A DNA stretch of 63,998 bases, counting the filler, from Dirinaria sp. TL-2023a (taxonomy: Eukaryota), in the NCBI GenBank assembly GCA_051941275.1. It is 17 parts of 17 records of this genome, joined end to end, with 100 filler letters (N's around TTAATTAATTAA, not from the genome) between each part and the next. Parts side by side here need not be neighbours in the genome. Positions count along the whole stretch, not along the records: positions 11,506 to 15,231 come from JAVEBF010001978.1; positions 15,332 to 19,055 come from JAVEBF010001979.1; positions 19,156 to 22,877 come from JAVEBF010001980.1; positions 22,978 to 26,697 come from JAVEBF010001981.1; 13 more parts are not named here. One strand, 5' to 3'. The position numbers were made by a program, and so were the translations under genes. Of the stretch, positions 12,145 to 23,988 are shown piece by piece. Numbering within the stretch: the first letter of the stretch is position 1; each line of letters begins with the position of its first letter. The notes beneath the pieces were generated by a model. The model made no database searches. It saw only the letters and a list, made by a program, of their open reading frames with translations, and was not told the origin of the DNA.

Positions 12145-14679
12145 TCAACCAACCACAGCCTTCATGCTCAAGCTCTCCAAAAAGCCACTGAGGTCCTCCT
12201 TTTTGACCTCGACCACGCAATGCTCAAAGCTGTCAATCCGGACCCGAGCATTGGTCTCGTCCACCACCTCCTGGAATGCATTACCAAACCGATTCTTGCC
12301 AAATCCCCGTTCCTCCATGCGTTCGTCAAGGTCGTCATCGCTGCTGTCTTCACTGTCTTCGCTCTCCGTAGCATCTTCTTCCTCATCTTCGTCCTCGTCC
12401 TCGCCATTTGCTGCTCTCTCGGCAGCTCGTTCTTGTTTCCTTCTCGCCTTTTCCTTTTTTCTTTCCTCCTTTTGCTTTCTCTTCGCAGCGGCTCTTTCTT
12501 TGCGCTCTTGCCTTGCTTTCCAATCCATGATTCCGCCACCTCCACCTGTGCCAACGACCACGTAAACCCCTCTGCCTTCATTGAGGCCGGCAAGCACAAG
12601 GGGCGTTCCTTTGCCGCCCTTGCCGATTTTTCCCTTCTGTTCTTTTTCTTGCTCTGCAATAGCTTCCCCAACCCATAGCGCCAGCTTCGTCAATGCTGAC
12701 GGATGTGTAAAGAGCTGAACGTCGGGGCCTTCTTTAACGACAGCCATACGGAAAGCCCGCAGATGCCTAATCTGCTTCTTCTCCAGAAGCGATGTCCCAG
12801 TGCGCAAGATGGCGCGATGGAGATGTTGCGCCATGGGCAAGGCGTGCTTGAGAACTTCGACGTCCCCCAGCGCATCGTACGCTTCCCAGAATCTGCTGAC
12901 CCATTCTGCGCCTTCTAAGCTGCCATCTTCATCGACGAGTTCCGGACGTTCCCCTCGATTTCTAGCGTCGTCGATTGCACTCGGCCCAGCCTTACCGATT
13001 TCAAGGATGGCACCAGCGATAACACCAACATCCACCGCGCTGAGCGTCGCTTTCCATCCCCAGCTGCGCACGAAGCCCCAGCCTTCTCTGCCACCTCGAC
13101 CGCTTGCTGCTGGAGGGACTAGTCCGTCCAAGCCGTACATTGGCGCGTACATTAGTAAGCGTTGTCGTAGACCTTTCTTAAGATCCATGTCCATGTGTGT
13201 GTAGCTCTGCTTGCACTGACTGAGTGAAACGCCCATCTTGGCCAGCAGCTTGTGCAAACGCTTCCGTCCGACATCACTCCAGATGTGCAAGCGTGCAGAC
13301 AGATATGGCGAGTGTAACATACTGTCGTAGAGTGACCAGTGACGAATGAGAAGAAAGCGAGGTTCCGGAGAAAGGCGGATTGAAGTATCTGTGGGCGATT
13401 TTGCAGTGGTTGGTATGACACCGGACGCTTCCCCCCGCAAGACTTCACGATCACTGTCATTGCGATCAGGAGGGTTTAGTCGCCGGACTTCGTCACGTAA
13501 AATCTGCCGAATCCGTTCCCCTCGTTGACCACCCCAGCCTGCTGAGCCACCTGATTCAGATGCCGAAGAGATGCCTACACCAGTCATAGTTCGGCCGTAA
13601 AGTTCAAGTGAGCTCACGCCAACAATGGCGTGCCACAAAAGATCGTTATCTTCTCGGCCAAGGTCTTCAGCCAGAGAATACAGCATGGACGAGATAGGCT
13701 CAGAGTAAGATGTGCCTAAAGTGTAGTAGTTTTCGAGGACAGCCGAATGCTTGCGCCGAAGACGAAGAAGTCTACGTCGGAGCCTGCGCGCTGACGGTTG
13801 TTTTGGTGAAGGCGGTGATGAAGTGGCATGATCCGCAGATTGAGAGCGAGATATGTCTGACTGAGCATGATGATATACTTGACGGGGTGATGAGGATATA
13901 GAGGTATCTGAATTGCTTCTCCGCCGTCGCTGCGGCCTAGTATTCTCTTCGTCACTTTCCCGTTCGTCCTCGGCTGGATCGCCCCAGAACTTCCTCTTCC
14001 TTGAGTCTGCGTTGCCATTTACAGAAGCCGAAGCGTCACTTTCCGGTCCCGAGTTGTCACTGTCCCCGTTGTCTTCGATATCTGGCATTTCAGCCAGTGC
14101 GCAGTATGCTTCTCGTTCAGCTCCAAGCTCTTCATCGACATCACCATCGTCATAGACAATGATCCCCCCTTGTCCTGGATTGTACAATGGCTGTATCTGC
14201 CCTTTGATGACACCTAAGTTCTTCGACTTTGCGTTCCCATTCGTCTCTTGCAACGTGTGATCCGAAGGATTTCCTCCGAACACATTCCCCAAGTTCCAAG
14301 GCCTTTTCGCGTCGACGATCCACACTTCCACGCCCCCAGATGGGTCTTGCCCGTCCTCCGCATCGTCCAAGCCCAGCATGTTCGACATATCGACCAGACC
14401 GCCGACGCCCAAACACACGACGAGCCCTCCGCTCCCTCCTTGCTGTGTTCGCATGGGCTGTACCAAAGTCTCACCAACATGTGCCAAGTCACTGTATCCT
14501 GCCATTGGCTGTATCTTGTGCTGGATGTAGTCCCGCTTGAGAAGCGCCGTGAAAATACGGCAAGCACATAGCGCATCTGGCTCCAGTGCGACTAGGATGA
14601 GGACAGGTGGAGATAGGGCGTGGTAGGTTCTTCGGAGATGCTGGTACAGATGGGAGATTAAGGCTCGTGGGAGGTACAT
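12145..14679 (-). CDS. CDC45: DNA replication initiation factor Cdc45 (844 aa, intronless)
   Basis: VLILVALEPDALCACRI, DAKRPWNLGNVF, LLIRHWSLYDSM, KRLHKLLAKMG, FWEAYDAL, NRFGNAF..RIDSFE. Confidence 0.95.
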   Translation of the reverse strand: MYLPRALISHLYQHLRRTYHALSPPVLILVALEPDALCACRIFTALLKRDYIQHKIQPMAGYSDLAHVGETLVQPMRTQQGGSGGLVVCLGVGGLVDMSNMLGLDDAEDGQDPSGGVEVWIVDAKRPWNLGNVFGGNPSDHTLQETNGNAKSKNLGVIKGQIQPLYNPGQGGIIVYDDGDVDEELGAEREAYCALAEMPDIEDNGDSDNSGPESDASASVNGNADSRKRKFWGDPAEDERESDEENTRPQRRRRSNSDTSISSSPRQVYHHAQSDISRSQSADHATSSPPSPKQPSARRLRRRLLRLRRKHSAVLENYYTLGTSYSEPISSMLYSLAEDLGREDNDLLWHAIVGVSSLELYGRTMTGVGISSASESGGSAGWGGQRGERIRQILRDEVRRLNPPDRNDSDREVLRGEASGVIPTTAKSPTDTSIRLSPEPRFLLIRHWSLYDSMLHSPYLSARLHIWSDVGRKRLHKLLAKMGVSLSQCKQSYTHMDMDLKKGLRQRLLMYAPMYGLDGLVPPAASGRGGREGWGFVRSWGWKATLSAVDVGVIAGAILEIGKAGPSAIDDARNRGERPELVDEDGSLEGAEWVSRFWEAYDALGDVEVLKHALPMAQHLHRAILRTGTSLLEKKQIRHLRAFRMAVVKEGPDVQLFTHPSALTKLALWVGEAIAEQEKEQKGKIGKGGKGTPLVLAGLNEGRGVYVVVGTGGGGGIMDWKARQERKERAAAKRKQKEERKKEKARRKQERAAERAANGEDEDEDEEEDATESEDSEDSSDDDLDERMEERGFGKNRFGNAFQEVVDETNARVRIDSFEHCVVEVKKEDLSGFLESLSMKAVVG

Positions 14680-14896
14680 GGTGCGAAGAAGAAATCATAC
14701 GAGTCAATGAGTATTATCCGACGAAGTTTGGAGATCTGAGTAAAGCTTGAGCGAGAGCCGCAACAGTTATAAGGACGGCCTTCGGTCTGATGCACACGAC
14801 TTCGAAATAATTCATCTTTAAGAACGACAGAGTCTACAGAATTCATAGAGCATTGAATCAGAGTGCAAGGCCGATACAAAAACTGAGAGAACTCTA

Positions 14897-14956
14897 ACGC
14901 GAAAGGTAGTAACTTGGTCGACGCGCCGATGGCGAGACGCGATAATTACGTAATTA
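14897..14956. promoter_or_regulatory. Cluster of MCB/SCB-like ACGCG elements upstream of CDC45
   Basis: AACGCGAAA (~14897), ACGCG (~14921), ACGCGA (~14937) and palindrome TAATTACGTAATTA (14943-14956), 220-280 bp upstream of a G1/S replication gene. Confidence 0.5.
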
Positions 14957-17224
14957 CTCGCCAAAACTTAGCTATCCTTGGCAGCTAAAAGTAGCTAGCG
15001 TGCTTCACATCGAAACTACCGAAGATAATAACATTAAGCAGCACAAACAACACCGCGAAGCAGGCGGTGATAAAAGGCATATTGAGCAGCCCCCCTAAAC
15101 ACAAGCATCAAAACGGCGATGGAGCAAAAATGGTGCACACAATGGCAAAAGAGCAGTATAGGAAAAGCGCTGCGAGACATTGAGCCACGACCAAGAAAGG
15201 ATATTTTGAAGCTCCACGAAAACCTCACAAANNNNNNNNNNNNNNNNNNNNNNNNNNNNNNNNNNNNNNNNNNNNTTAATTAATTAANNNNNNNNNNNNN
15301 NNNNNNNNNNNNNNNNNNNNNNNNNNNNNNNTTTTTAAGGGGGGGTGAGGTATCTACGTTTAATATGATCTTTCTAAGGTTCGAAAATTCTCTCCGATAT
15401 AGATTTTTTCTATTGAGGACGGAGGAAGCAGAGTTGACTTGTTCTAGGATGCCGGGAAATTGACTATGTACCTTACAACACTGAGCCCAAGATAGCAGTC
15501 TCGACTTGGAGTCATTTTCAGAGCGAGAATTTGGCACCTCGGATATCTCGTGCCTGGTGATAAGGATATACAAATTTCTCAGAACAGGGAGTGAAGTAGA
15601 CTTGAGGTGAGTGAGTTATTTCGATGTTTGATTATTGCCCAATAAGGAAAATATGAGTACAGACTTGTGGCACCACATGCCAACTGGACGACAAAGCATC
15701 AATAATACCTTGCAACCCCAGATTTCTTCTTTCTTTCTTTTGGATCAGTACTCAATACACGCCTATTTCAATTGCTCTATCTGTGAGGAACTACACTATC
15801 TTCTCTCAGTCTTCAAACGTTCCCATTTCAGCTACGTTATCTGTAAGTTACTCGACTTTTACCTTAGTGCTTAGCTCATATTCCGTTCAGATGCTCTCCA
15901 CAAGCGATTCTATAATCTTATTATCGTCGAAATCCTTCCTATGGCCTCGCCAAGTGACAGCAGAACTTCTTTTCGAGAGTGTCCGTATCAGTAGAACCGA
16001 CTATCCAGTATATAAGGAGCATCACTTGAAGATTCTAAACCACACATGCGGAAGCGTGGGATTTATCTGCTTATCGTACCTGCGGGGAACAGAATTCTGA
16101 TAGACGATCACATTATATTTCGCTCAACCTGTTCCAGCTGCATGAAACTTCGGCGATGATTTCTGGACCGTGGCTTATTCCAACAATCAGCTCGAAACGG
16201 TAGGCCATGAGAAGGTTGATACGGATCATACAATAGTCAAAAATTCCAGCGATAAAGTCAAAGACGACGTCTCCGAGGGTATGGTCTTGTACGAAGAAGG
16301 AAAACGAAGAATGAACGCCAGGACGGAGAAAACAATAGGCAAGTACCTACATCTCTCCCATCGAAAATCATAAAACACTGCCCTGAGATTATAGCGACTA
16401 CGTGCGCAGAAGCAAGCAGGTCTGACCACTAGTAGTTTCCATTCATGTGGTCGAAAGCCAGACGTGGTGGATTAGTATTGGAGGTACTCAAGTATCCCAT
16501 GCTCTGGGAACAATATATGCTAGAATTGTTCGACTGGCCTATCGCGATTATTCTTTCCGTGCTCTTCCTGGGGTCAACAGAATAGGGAAGTTTTATCAGT
16601 GTGATTGACGAGGATACGAAGCGTCCACATGCGTATCGCATTTTGATGCCATTCAGCCCTACCTTATCATCTGCTACGATAGAATGCCAAGAAACACCGA
16701 CGGATACAAGAAACATCAAACCTGCCTCATTTGTCTATTGATCACTACAGAGATGAGCCTCCAACTGCTTACCTCCAAATTCTAGACGGCATTATGATTG
16801 CCTGCCTATGCTCGCCTTCTTATAGAGAGTGATTAGATCACATGTTTTGCGCTTTCCTCGGAACAACCAGGAGATAATCTACTCCAGGCAGGCATTTTCT
16901 TTGTGTATGAAGATCATGCTACTCGGAAATCGTTTTGGTCTCGAACTACGCCGCGCTCTAAACTCTGTCTTGACGTCACGCTTAAAAAGATCAAGAAAAA
17001 GGCAGCCTGCTCAATATCAATGTCTCAAGAAATCTATAGTACCTACAAAATGATGTCAATGTAGTGTAATACTGCATCAAAGTAAGTCCCTTCAGAGTGT
17101 TTCTAGAAAATTCTCGGTATATACGATCCTTGGATTGAGGCTGTCAAGGGATATCTGCTCTTGTTCTTTCTCTCAATTCATCCCTTCCCAACATCTGTAG
17201 AGTTCTCGCACCAAACCAACAACC

Positions 17225-18880
17225 ATGTCTTCCGAAACACGAGTACCAGTCCTTATCATAGGAGCAGGCATCGTAGGCCTGTCTGCCTCTCTCTGTCTCT
17301 CACAAAACGGTATATCCTCCCTAAACATCGAGCGGCACTCAGGCCCCTCAATCCATCCGCGCGCCCGGAGTGTCAACGCCCGAACAATGGAGCTCTACCG
17401 CCGTCTTGGGATTCAAGAGCGAGTCATCGAAGCCGGAGCCTCGTTATCGCCTACCTTCGGCATCTACTCCGGGTCCACACTCAAGGAGGTCATCGAAGCG
17501 AAACCGCGTAGCAAAGAGCAGCGGAAGCTCCCCTTTACCGGATTGATTGCGCCATTGAGTCCTGTCAAAGGCGCGTTTGTCACCCAGGATATGATCGAAC
17601 CGGTGCTGGTCCAAGCTGCACGGGAACACGGAGGCGAAGTGAGATTTGATACTGAATGTCTCAGTCTTGAGCAGGATGACGATGGTGTGACGGCTACTTT
17701 GAAAGCTCGCGAGAGCGGTGCCACATCAACAGTTCGAGCATCCTATCTCATTGCCGCCGATGGTGCAAACAGCCCGATCCGGACCCGGCTCAACGTTCCA
17801 GTGACCGGCCGCGGCGCAATGGGCCATCTTATCAACATCCTCTTTCGCGCCGACCTCAAACCCCTTGTCGACCGCCGCGAGTTCTCAATCTGCAAGATCA
17901 ACCGGCCGGAAGTGGTCGGCTTCTTCGCCTCCATCAACAACAGCGACCGCTGGACCTTCCACCTGTCCTACGACCCCTCTCGAAACGAAAAACCCGCCGA
18001 CTTTCGGCCCGAAAAGTGCAAGCAATTGCTCCGTATCGCTCTAGGGATTCCGGACATCGACATCCGCATCGAGAGCATGCTCCCCTGGGAACCGTCCGTG
18101 CGGATCGCGGAGCAGTTGCAGCACGGTCGGATCTTCCTGGCGGGTGATGCCGCACATCAAATGCCACCTTGGGGTGGCCAGGGCGCCAATTCAGGCATCG
18201 CGGACGTGTACAACCTTTCCTGGAAACTCGCCGCCGTATTGAACGGATGCGGGAACAAGGCCTTGCTTGAAACCTATGACGTCGAGCGCATTCCCGTGGG
18301 ACGAGCAGCTGCAGAGGCATCGGCAAGCGGGGTTGATGAAAGGGGGCTTATATCGGTGAAACGGGATCTGACCACTGTGATTGGTTTTCTGAGAAAGATT
18401 CCGCTTATCTCCGGGCACGGGTATTGTTATTCGAGTAAAGCCATTTGCGAGGAAGACACTTCTCCTCTGGGCGGATTGACTTGGAGGCCGTGGACACTAC
18501 CAAGCATATTCCTATCCCTCGATGGACGACCAGGAAGCAGGGCCCCGCATGTCTGGATGGAGTATCAGGGAAAACGGATTTCGACTCTTGACCTATGCGG
18601 TAAAGGGTTCGTGCTTTTCGCTGGAGCGGAGGGTGGATCCTGGTCAGAGGCCATGAAGAAAGTAGCTTTAATTCTGGGCGTGGAGATTGCCGCGTATCGT
18701 GCGGGGCCCGAAGGCGATCTTGGTAGTGCAAAGGGCGAGTTTGAAGCGGCGGTGGGGATTTCTTCCCAGGGTGCTATCCTGGTTCGTCCAGATGATTTTG
18801 TAGTGTGGCGCCAGAGGAGGAACGTCCCTGATCATAACGCCGAGCTTGAGCGCGCGATGAGGCAGGCGCTGTGTCTATAA
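17225..18880 (+). CDS. FAD-dependent aromatic monooxygenase (FAD_binding_3; PheA/TfdB/RdmE-like)
   Basis: GAGIVG Rossmann motif, IAADGANS, GRIFLAGDAAHQMPPWGGQGANSGIAD, RPGSRAPH, LVRPDDFVVWR; 551-aa intronless ORF. Confidence 0.92.
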   Translation: MSSETRVPVLIIGAGIVGLSASLCLSQNGISSLNIERHSGPSIHPRARSVNARTMELYRRLGIQERVIEAGASLSPTFGIYSGSTLKEVIEAKPRSKEQRKLPFTGLIAPLSPVKGAFVTQDMIEPVLVQAAREHGGEVRFDTECLSLEQDDDGVTATLKARESGATSTVRASYLIAADGANSPIRTRLNVPVTGRGAMGHLINILFRADLKPLVDRREFSICKINRPEVVGFFASINNSDRWTFHLSYDPSRNEKPADFRPEKCKQLLRIALGIPDIDIRIESMLPWEPSVRIAEQLQHGRIFLAGDAAHQMPPWGGQGANSGIADVYNLSWKLAAVLNGCGNKALLETYDVERIPVGRAAAEASASGVDERGLISVKRDLTTVIGFLRKIPLISGHGYCYSSKAICEEDTSPLGGLTWRPWTLPSIFLSLDGRPGSRAPHVWMEYQGKRISTLDLCGKGFVLFAGAEGGSWSEAMKKVALILGVEIAAYRAGPEGDLGSAKGEFEAAVGISSQGAILVRPDDFVVWRQRRNVPDHNAELERAMRQALCL

Positions 18881-18960
18881 TCCTGTTTCTGGATACTTAC
18901 TCTTACAACCCTCGCCACTACATCATTAGAAGAACAGTTCCAAAACGGCTCCATTCACTT

Positions 18961-19055
18961 GTCCCATCCTATCCATCCCATGGAATGATACCACACCAAA
19001 AGTACCAAAAGAACTTTTGGTGTGGTATCATTCCATGGGATGGATAGGATGGGAC
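18961..19055. repeat. Perfect 43-bp inverted repeat with 9-nt loop at contig end
   Basis: 18961-19003 is the exact reverse complement of 19013-19055. Confidence 0.9.
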
Positions 19056-19484
19056 NNNNNNNNNNNNNNNNNNNNNNNNNNNNNNNNNNNNNNNNNNNNT
19101 TAATTAATTAANNNNNNNNNNNNNNNNNNNNNNNNNNNNNNNNNNNNNNNNNNNNCGATCTAAGCGCAGATTACGGAAGATAAGATTGCTGCAAGAGAAA
19201 GAAAAAACTATTGCTTTATTCTCTACTTTGAATAAATTTCTTTGCACAGGCTCTCGCAGGCCTCACGACTAGTCTATATATCAAAGTTAGCTTTCATCGT
19301 TTTCTCGGCGCATTGAAAGTATGGTAGCAATCAGTCACATCATTTTAGCCACAAGCGAGTAGCTTTCGTGTGCATCTAGAAAGAGTATTCAATCGCTTAA
19401 TTTTCTCCAAAAGTTACTATCATCATCAATATCACAACCATAATTCCAATCATCTTCGATGTCACTGAAAGAACTGTCGGCGCC

Positions 19485-22097
19485 TCACTCTTCCACATGT
19501 TTCGTTGTAGCATCGACAGACAGCGCATGTCCTATCTTTCGAACATGATTTCCTCCTTCAGCCTTGACATCGGCCCCAGCATTCAGCAGTATCTCCACCA
19601 CTTTCTCGTGACCACGTTCTGATGCTGCTTGCAGTGCATTGCCATAAAGTCCTCCTTGAGCATTGACATCGGCCCCAGCATTCAGCAGTATCTGCACCAC
19701 TTTCTCCTGACCACCTTCTGATGCTGCTTGCAGTGCATTGCCATAATATCCTCCTTGAGCATTGACATCGATAATTTGGGGCATTATATTTTCAATGACT
19801 TGTAACAACCCAATCGAAGCTGCATAGTACAAAGGCAGGGCCACGTCTCCTATTCTAAGCGACAGTTTTATGTCTGTCCACGGCTTATCAATGTCGTACA
19901 ATTGTATTCACGGAAACACGCCAGCGTCTTTATTCATCAACAACTTTCGAGCAAGGTTGATCACCGTGAGGTCAAGTGTGTGATCAGTAGCTTGTGCGTG
20001 CTGCCATCAATACTGAGCTGCGTACCGAGATAGTGGATGCTGGTCGACCAAATCCTTGATCAATGGTAACTTCTCATAGAGATATAGCAAGTAATGAAGG
20101 CAGCCTTCGGCTATCGCCATATGGCAAGTTGGCATCTGAAAGTCCAATGTCAGAAGGCAACAATCAGACAAAAGGTACTCTTTGACAGAGAAGTGTGCAA
20201 GTCGGATCCGGATTCCACTTGCTTCTTCATCGTTATTACTGTAACTGATTAAACTGGAGCAGATAACTTTGATGTCATCAGGATTCGAAAGGCGATCATC
20301 AGAGCAGAAGCCTCCACCGTCTCCATTATATATAGCGAGGACTTCGATAAGTTCCGATAAGTGTAGTGGAGCATATGAGAAACATAGTCATCGCAATGCT
20401 TTAATAGCATCTTGACGCTGCCCAGCCGACTTAATGCCTTGGACTATTCTATCATACGTTTCGTGTAGAGTCTTCGACAACTTCGATAACGCGTCTTGAA
20501 GGGCACTCCGCTTGATACATTTTTGGATAGACTCAAGCTGACAATAAACCCATCGAAACCTGTTCTGTTATTAGTCAACTGGATATAGCGCTTTTAAATA
20601 ACGAACATACATGTTATCTGCCTTCTTCATTAGTGCCGCAATAATATCTTCTTGCACACTGCGTGACCATTTGTTAAGTTTAGGATCTGTGGCGAGGCGA
20701 TGACGAACGTATACGCGAATATCCTCGTCCACAATGGCACTCTGAATATTAATATTATATTTTGCGATAGAATCTAGCTGTTCTTCGATATCTTTCTCTC
20801 GACGACTTGTGATCATAATGCGAAGACTATTCTGTTGTAAGTGAACCAGTTCGCGAATAAAGGTTGTGAAATATTCGCGATCGGTACACTCATCTAGCGC
20901 ATCTAAGACAATGTACTTATGTTCTGTACAGACTACCGCATCTTTAAATAGCGATCGTATCACGTCTTCAGCGGGTTGCTGCTGCCCGTTTCCACAACTC
21001 TGATACAGCTCTTCAAGAATCTACAGACGATTGTGTTATTGCACAGAAAATTGATACGATAGTGATCGAATCGTCTTCTTCGAGGATTGCTTCTCCACTT
21101 CGTTAAAGTCGAAATAAAAATAGCTAACCACGGTGTCAGGTTGAGTTTTCTTTAAGTTAGTAATTTCTTGTAAGGATGTAGCGCTGCTCAACTTATTAAT
21201 ATCTACGATCTAGAGCAAATATCTTGAGTGTCTAACTAACCTCAATACTGTCTTGCCGCAGTCGGCTAAACTTATTGATCAGTCCCGTCTGACACGTGCA
21301 GCAACTATCACGCACCGTTACCATGAAGCCACATCAAAGAAGATGTAGAGCGTTTCCATCTATCGAATTGTTGACCATCTATAAATCATAACCCTGTTCC
21401 TGAGTGTCGCTTTTCGATTGCCGCATGAAAGTTGGTGGAAGGGTCAGGAAGTCCTAACCATTGCGACAATCTGTTTTGTAACTCCTCTACTTGTATCAGG
21501 TTTTGTTCGCCTGTCAGACCATGAGACTATGGCGCCACTCACGATCAGCATGACTCTGTAGTCGCTCCGTCCGAATTTGAAGGGTGTCGGTTTTTTGACT
21601 AAGGGCTACAACATCATCGTGAGTTGCCTGTGATAACGTGCTTGTCTTATTAGTGACAATCTACTCTGGACGCAAACTCATACTTACAATAAGTCCTCGG
21701 TCAAGGCGCAGTTGATGAGCGACTTCAGACGTTCCATCCTTTCCAAAGCAGTTTCAATTTCTGATTTAGTGAATTTCCACGTCAAGGCGGACTTGATCTG
21801 GTCTCTCTTCCTCGAAGATGAAATCTGTTCTACCATCCTCTTCAAAATATCTTTAAATTGATCCAACGGCCCATCATGTATTCCTAGCATCCTAACCTGG
21901 TCAAATCATGGATCGTCGGATTTTGTAGCTCCCACTCGAAAGCGCAAGCTTGTGAGCAAGTTGTAGAGATGGCTTGCCTCGACTGCCACGCTTGCCTGTT
22001 CTGCGGTTGCATGCCTCACACTGTGGACGTAGCCAGTGAGGGTTGTTATTAATTGTAGGACGGCAACGATGCTGGCCGTCATCGACAGAGGATCCAT
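19485..22097 (-). pseudogene. Fungal NLR-like pseudogene: N-terminal helical domain - NACHT - ankyrin repeats
   Basis: MDPLSMTASIVAVLQL..ALTWKF N-terminus, Walker A degraded to ADCGKT, Walker B YIVLDALDEC, FRWVYCQL, IRLAHFSVKEYL, NALQAAS ankyrins. In-frame TGA at 21906, 21386, 20388, 20007 and 19908, and TAG at 21021. Confidence 0.88.
19564..19768 (-). repeat. Two highly similar 99-bp ankyrin-coding tandem repeats
   Basis: TTGACATCGGCCCCAGCATTCAGCAGTATCT recurs at 19564 and 19663 (33-aa period). Confidence 0.85.
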
Positions 22098-22977
22098 TGT
22101 GCCGAAACATCGGTAGGAGAAGAACACAGCCGGCGGATATTCGATAGTTGCTTACTCAAGCCTTGATGCTGTGATCATCGTAGAGGAAGGGTGGGTATGA
22201 GGAGTTGACGACATTGACACTAGCTGTCACTGAACGAACTTGTATGCTTGAACCTCACGCAAAAAAGGCTCCTCGCGCAGCCGGCAACTTCGTAAAGACC
22301 AGATGTGGAGAATTTAGATGAAGCTGTCCAAAGCCTGGGTGGAAATTTGAGGTAGATCAAAGGCTGCCGCTACCGTGGTGGCTGCTATCAACGGTCAGCT
22401 CCCATAGCGTAGATCAATCAAGTAGAGGTATTCCGAGTCAAACCTTTCTCCAACCACACACTTTATGAGCCTCAGAAAATGTGCTAGAAGATCCTCCTAT
22501 ACCGATTTGGATCGATGGTGTTTAGCATAGCGTGTGATGGGGAGGTCTTAGATGTTGGCGCTGATCAGTCAAGGCTGCGCATGGTGCGCCTTGGCCCTGT
22601 GTCAGCTACAGGGTTGAATAGCTGCAAGCTTGGCGAATAACTACGTACCCATTTTCACCCCCCAATACACGAGGGTTTGGGCTATAGGGTTAGGGTTGAA
22701 AGTACTATACTATAGGCATCGGAGCATGCGAAGTCTATACCCAATCGGGCTTAGCTCCTTGCATTCGAGAAGTTACCTACTCAATAAGATGCAGCACAGG
22801 TCGGCGACGAGGTCTACCTGTACGCGGTGCCGGCTACGAACCTGTTGTTACTACGGTATACAGCAGAGCCAAATGACNNNNNNNNNNNNNNNNNNNNNNN
22901 NNNNNNNNNNNNNNNNNNNNNTTAATTAATTAANNNNNNNNNNNNNNNNNNNNNNNNNNNNNNNNNNNNNNNNNNNN

Positions 22978-23391
22978 TAACACAGGTTCATCATTCCAGT
23001 ACTTCATACCGACCCACAGCCTGCGACTGGATACATTCTCCGTTGTCACTAACCCTCCTTCTCCCCCTCCCCCTCCCTCTTCCCCTACAACTTCAGCCTC
23101 CGCATCGCGTAGAATGGACAGGGCATCCTTTTCTGGGGCGGGGGTATATATCTCGTTCCACGGACTGTTTCCTTCGTGACTGTCGTCGAGGACTGAGAAG
23201 GTAGGGTTCAGCGCTGAGGGAGGCGGGGGTTGGGGCCCGCCCACGGCGATGGAGGATATGTAGCCTGAGCGCTGCAAAGCGAGGAGGATGTGGTGTAGTT
23301 GTTGCGTGTGCGGGATGCTGGTTAGCCCGAGCCGGGCTTTGGAGGCGTTTTGCAGGTGCGAGCAGGCGTGGGAGAGGTGGATGAGGGACAT
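22978..23391 (-). CDS. MRPS8: Mitochondrial ribosomal protein uS8m (3' end cut)
   Basis: MSLIHLSHACSHLQNASKARLGLTSIP..LQRSGYISS..RRLWVGMKYWNDEPVL. Confidence 0.88.
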
Positions 23392-23988
23392 TTTTTTTTT
23401 CTTTTTTTTTTTGGTTTTTGGGGGTTTTTTGAGGGTTTTTTGAGGGGGAAGGCGCCGTAGCGCTGAGAGGAGGGTTTTGCGCGCAACCGGGGGGTTTTTT
23501 GATTGATTGGGAGGTGGAGGAGGTGGGAGGTTTGGAAGAGGAGGGTTGTTTTTTTCGCGCGCGGTGGTGGAAGGAGATACGATTGAAGGGCTGAAGAGCT
23601 CTTTTCTGGTTTGAGAGACGGATGTTGAATAGATGGTAATTGAGGTTCTTCAGGTTGAAAGTCGAATGATAGCAAGGGCAACAAGGGTTATTGCTTCGCA
23701 GTTAGGGCATCGGACCTTTTCCTAATTCGGCTTCGAATAAAAAGTGCTTGCGCTTGCCCACAAACACAAGCGTAAGGTACTCTTACATTACTTACCTCAC
23801 CTCGGGCTCTTCTGCTCATGATTACTTCATATTTTACGAATTGAATCACTCGAGACTATGCCTCATACACTCTGAGGACGGTCATAAATTCATCAATTAC
23901 ATTTGATCGGAGAGGGATGCATATGTATGCCGACAATTTCTCTACAGTACGCCCCCCATTGCCCGAGCCTGGATTTCAATAGCTTCCT

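Noticed and set aside
15780..17050. Possible decayed F-box-like gene
   Set aside because: Only fragments (such as AELLFESVRI) in shifting frames; not enough to support a call.
22684..22697. TTAGGG/CCCTAA telomere-like repeats (also near 34640, 53161 and 60683)
   Set aside because: Only one or two units and internal; not telomeres.
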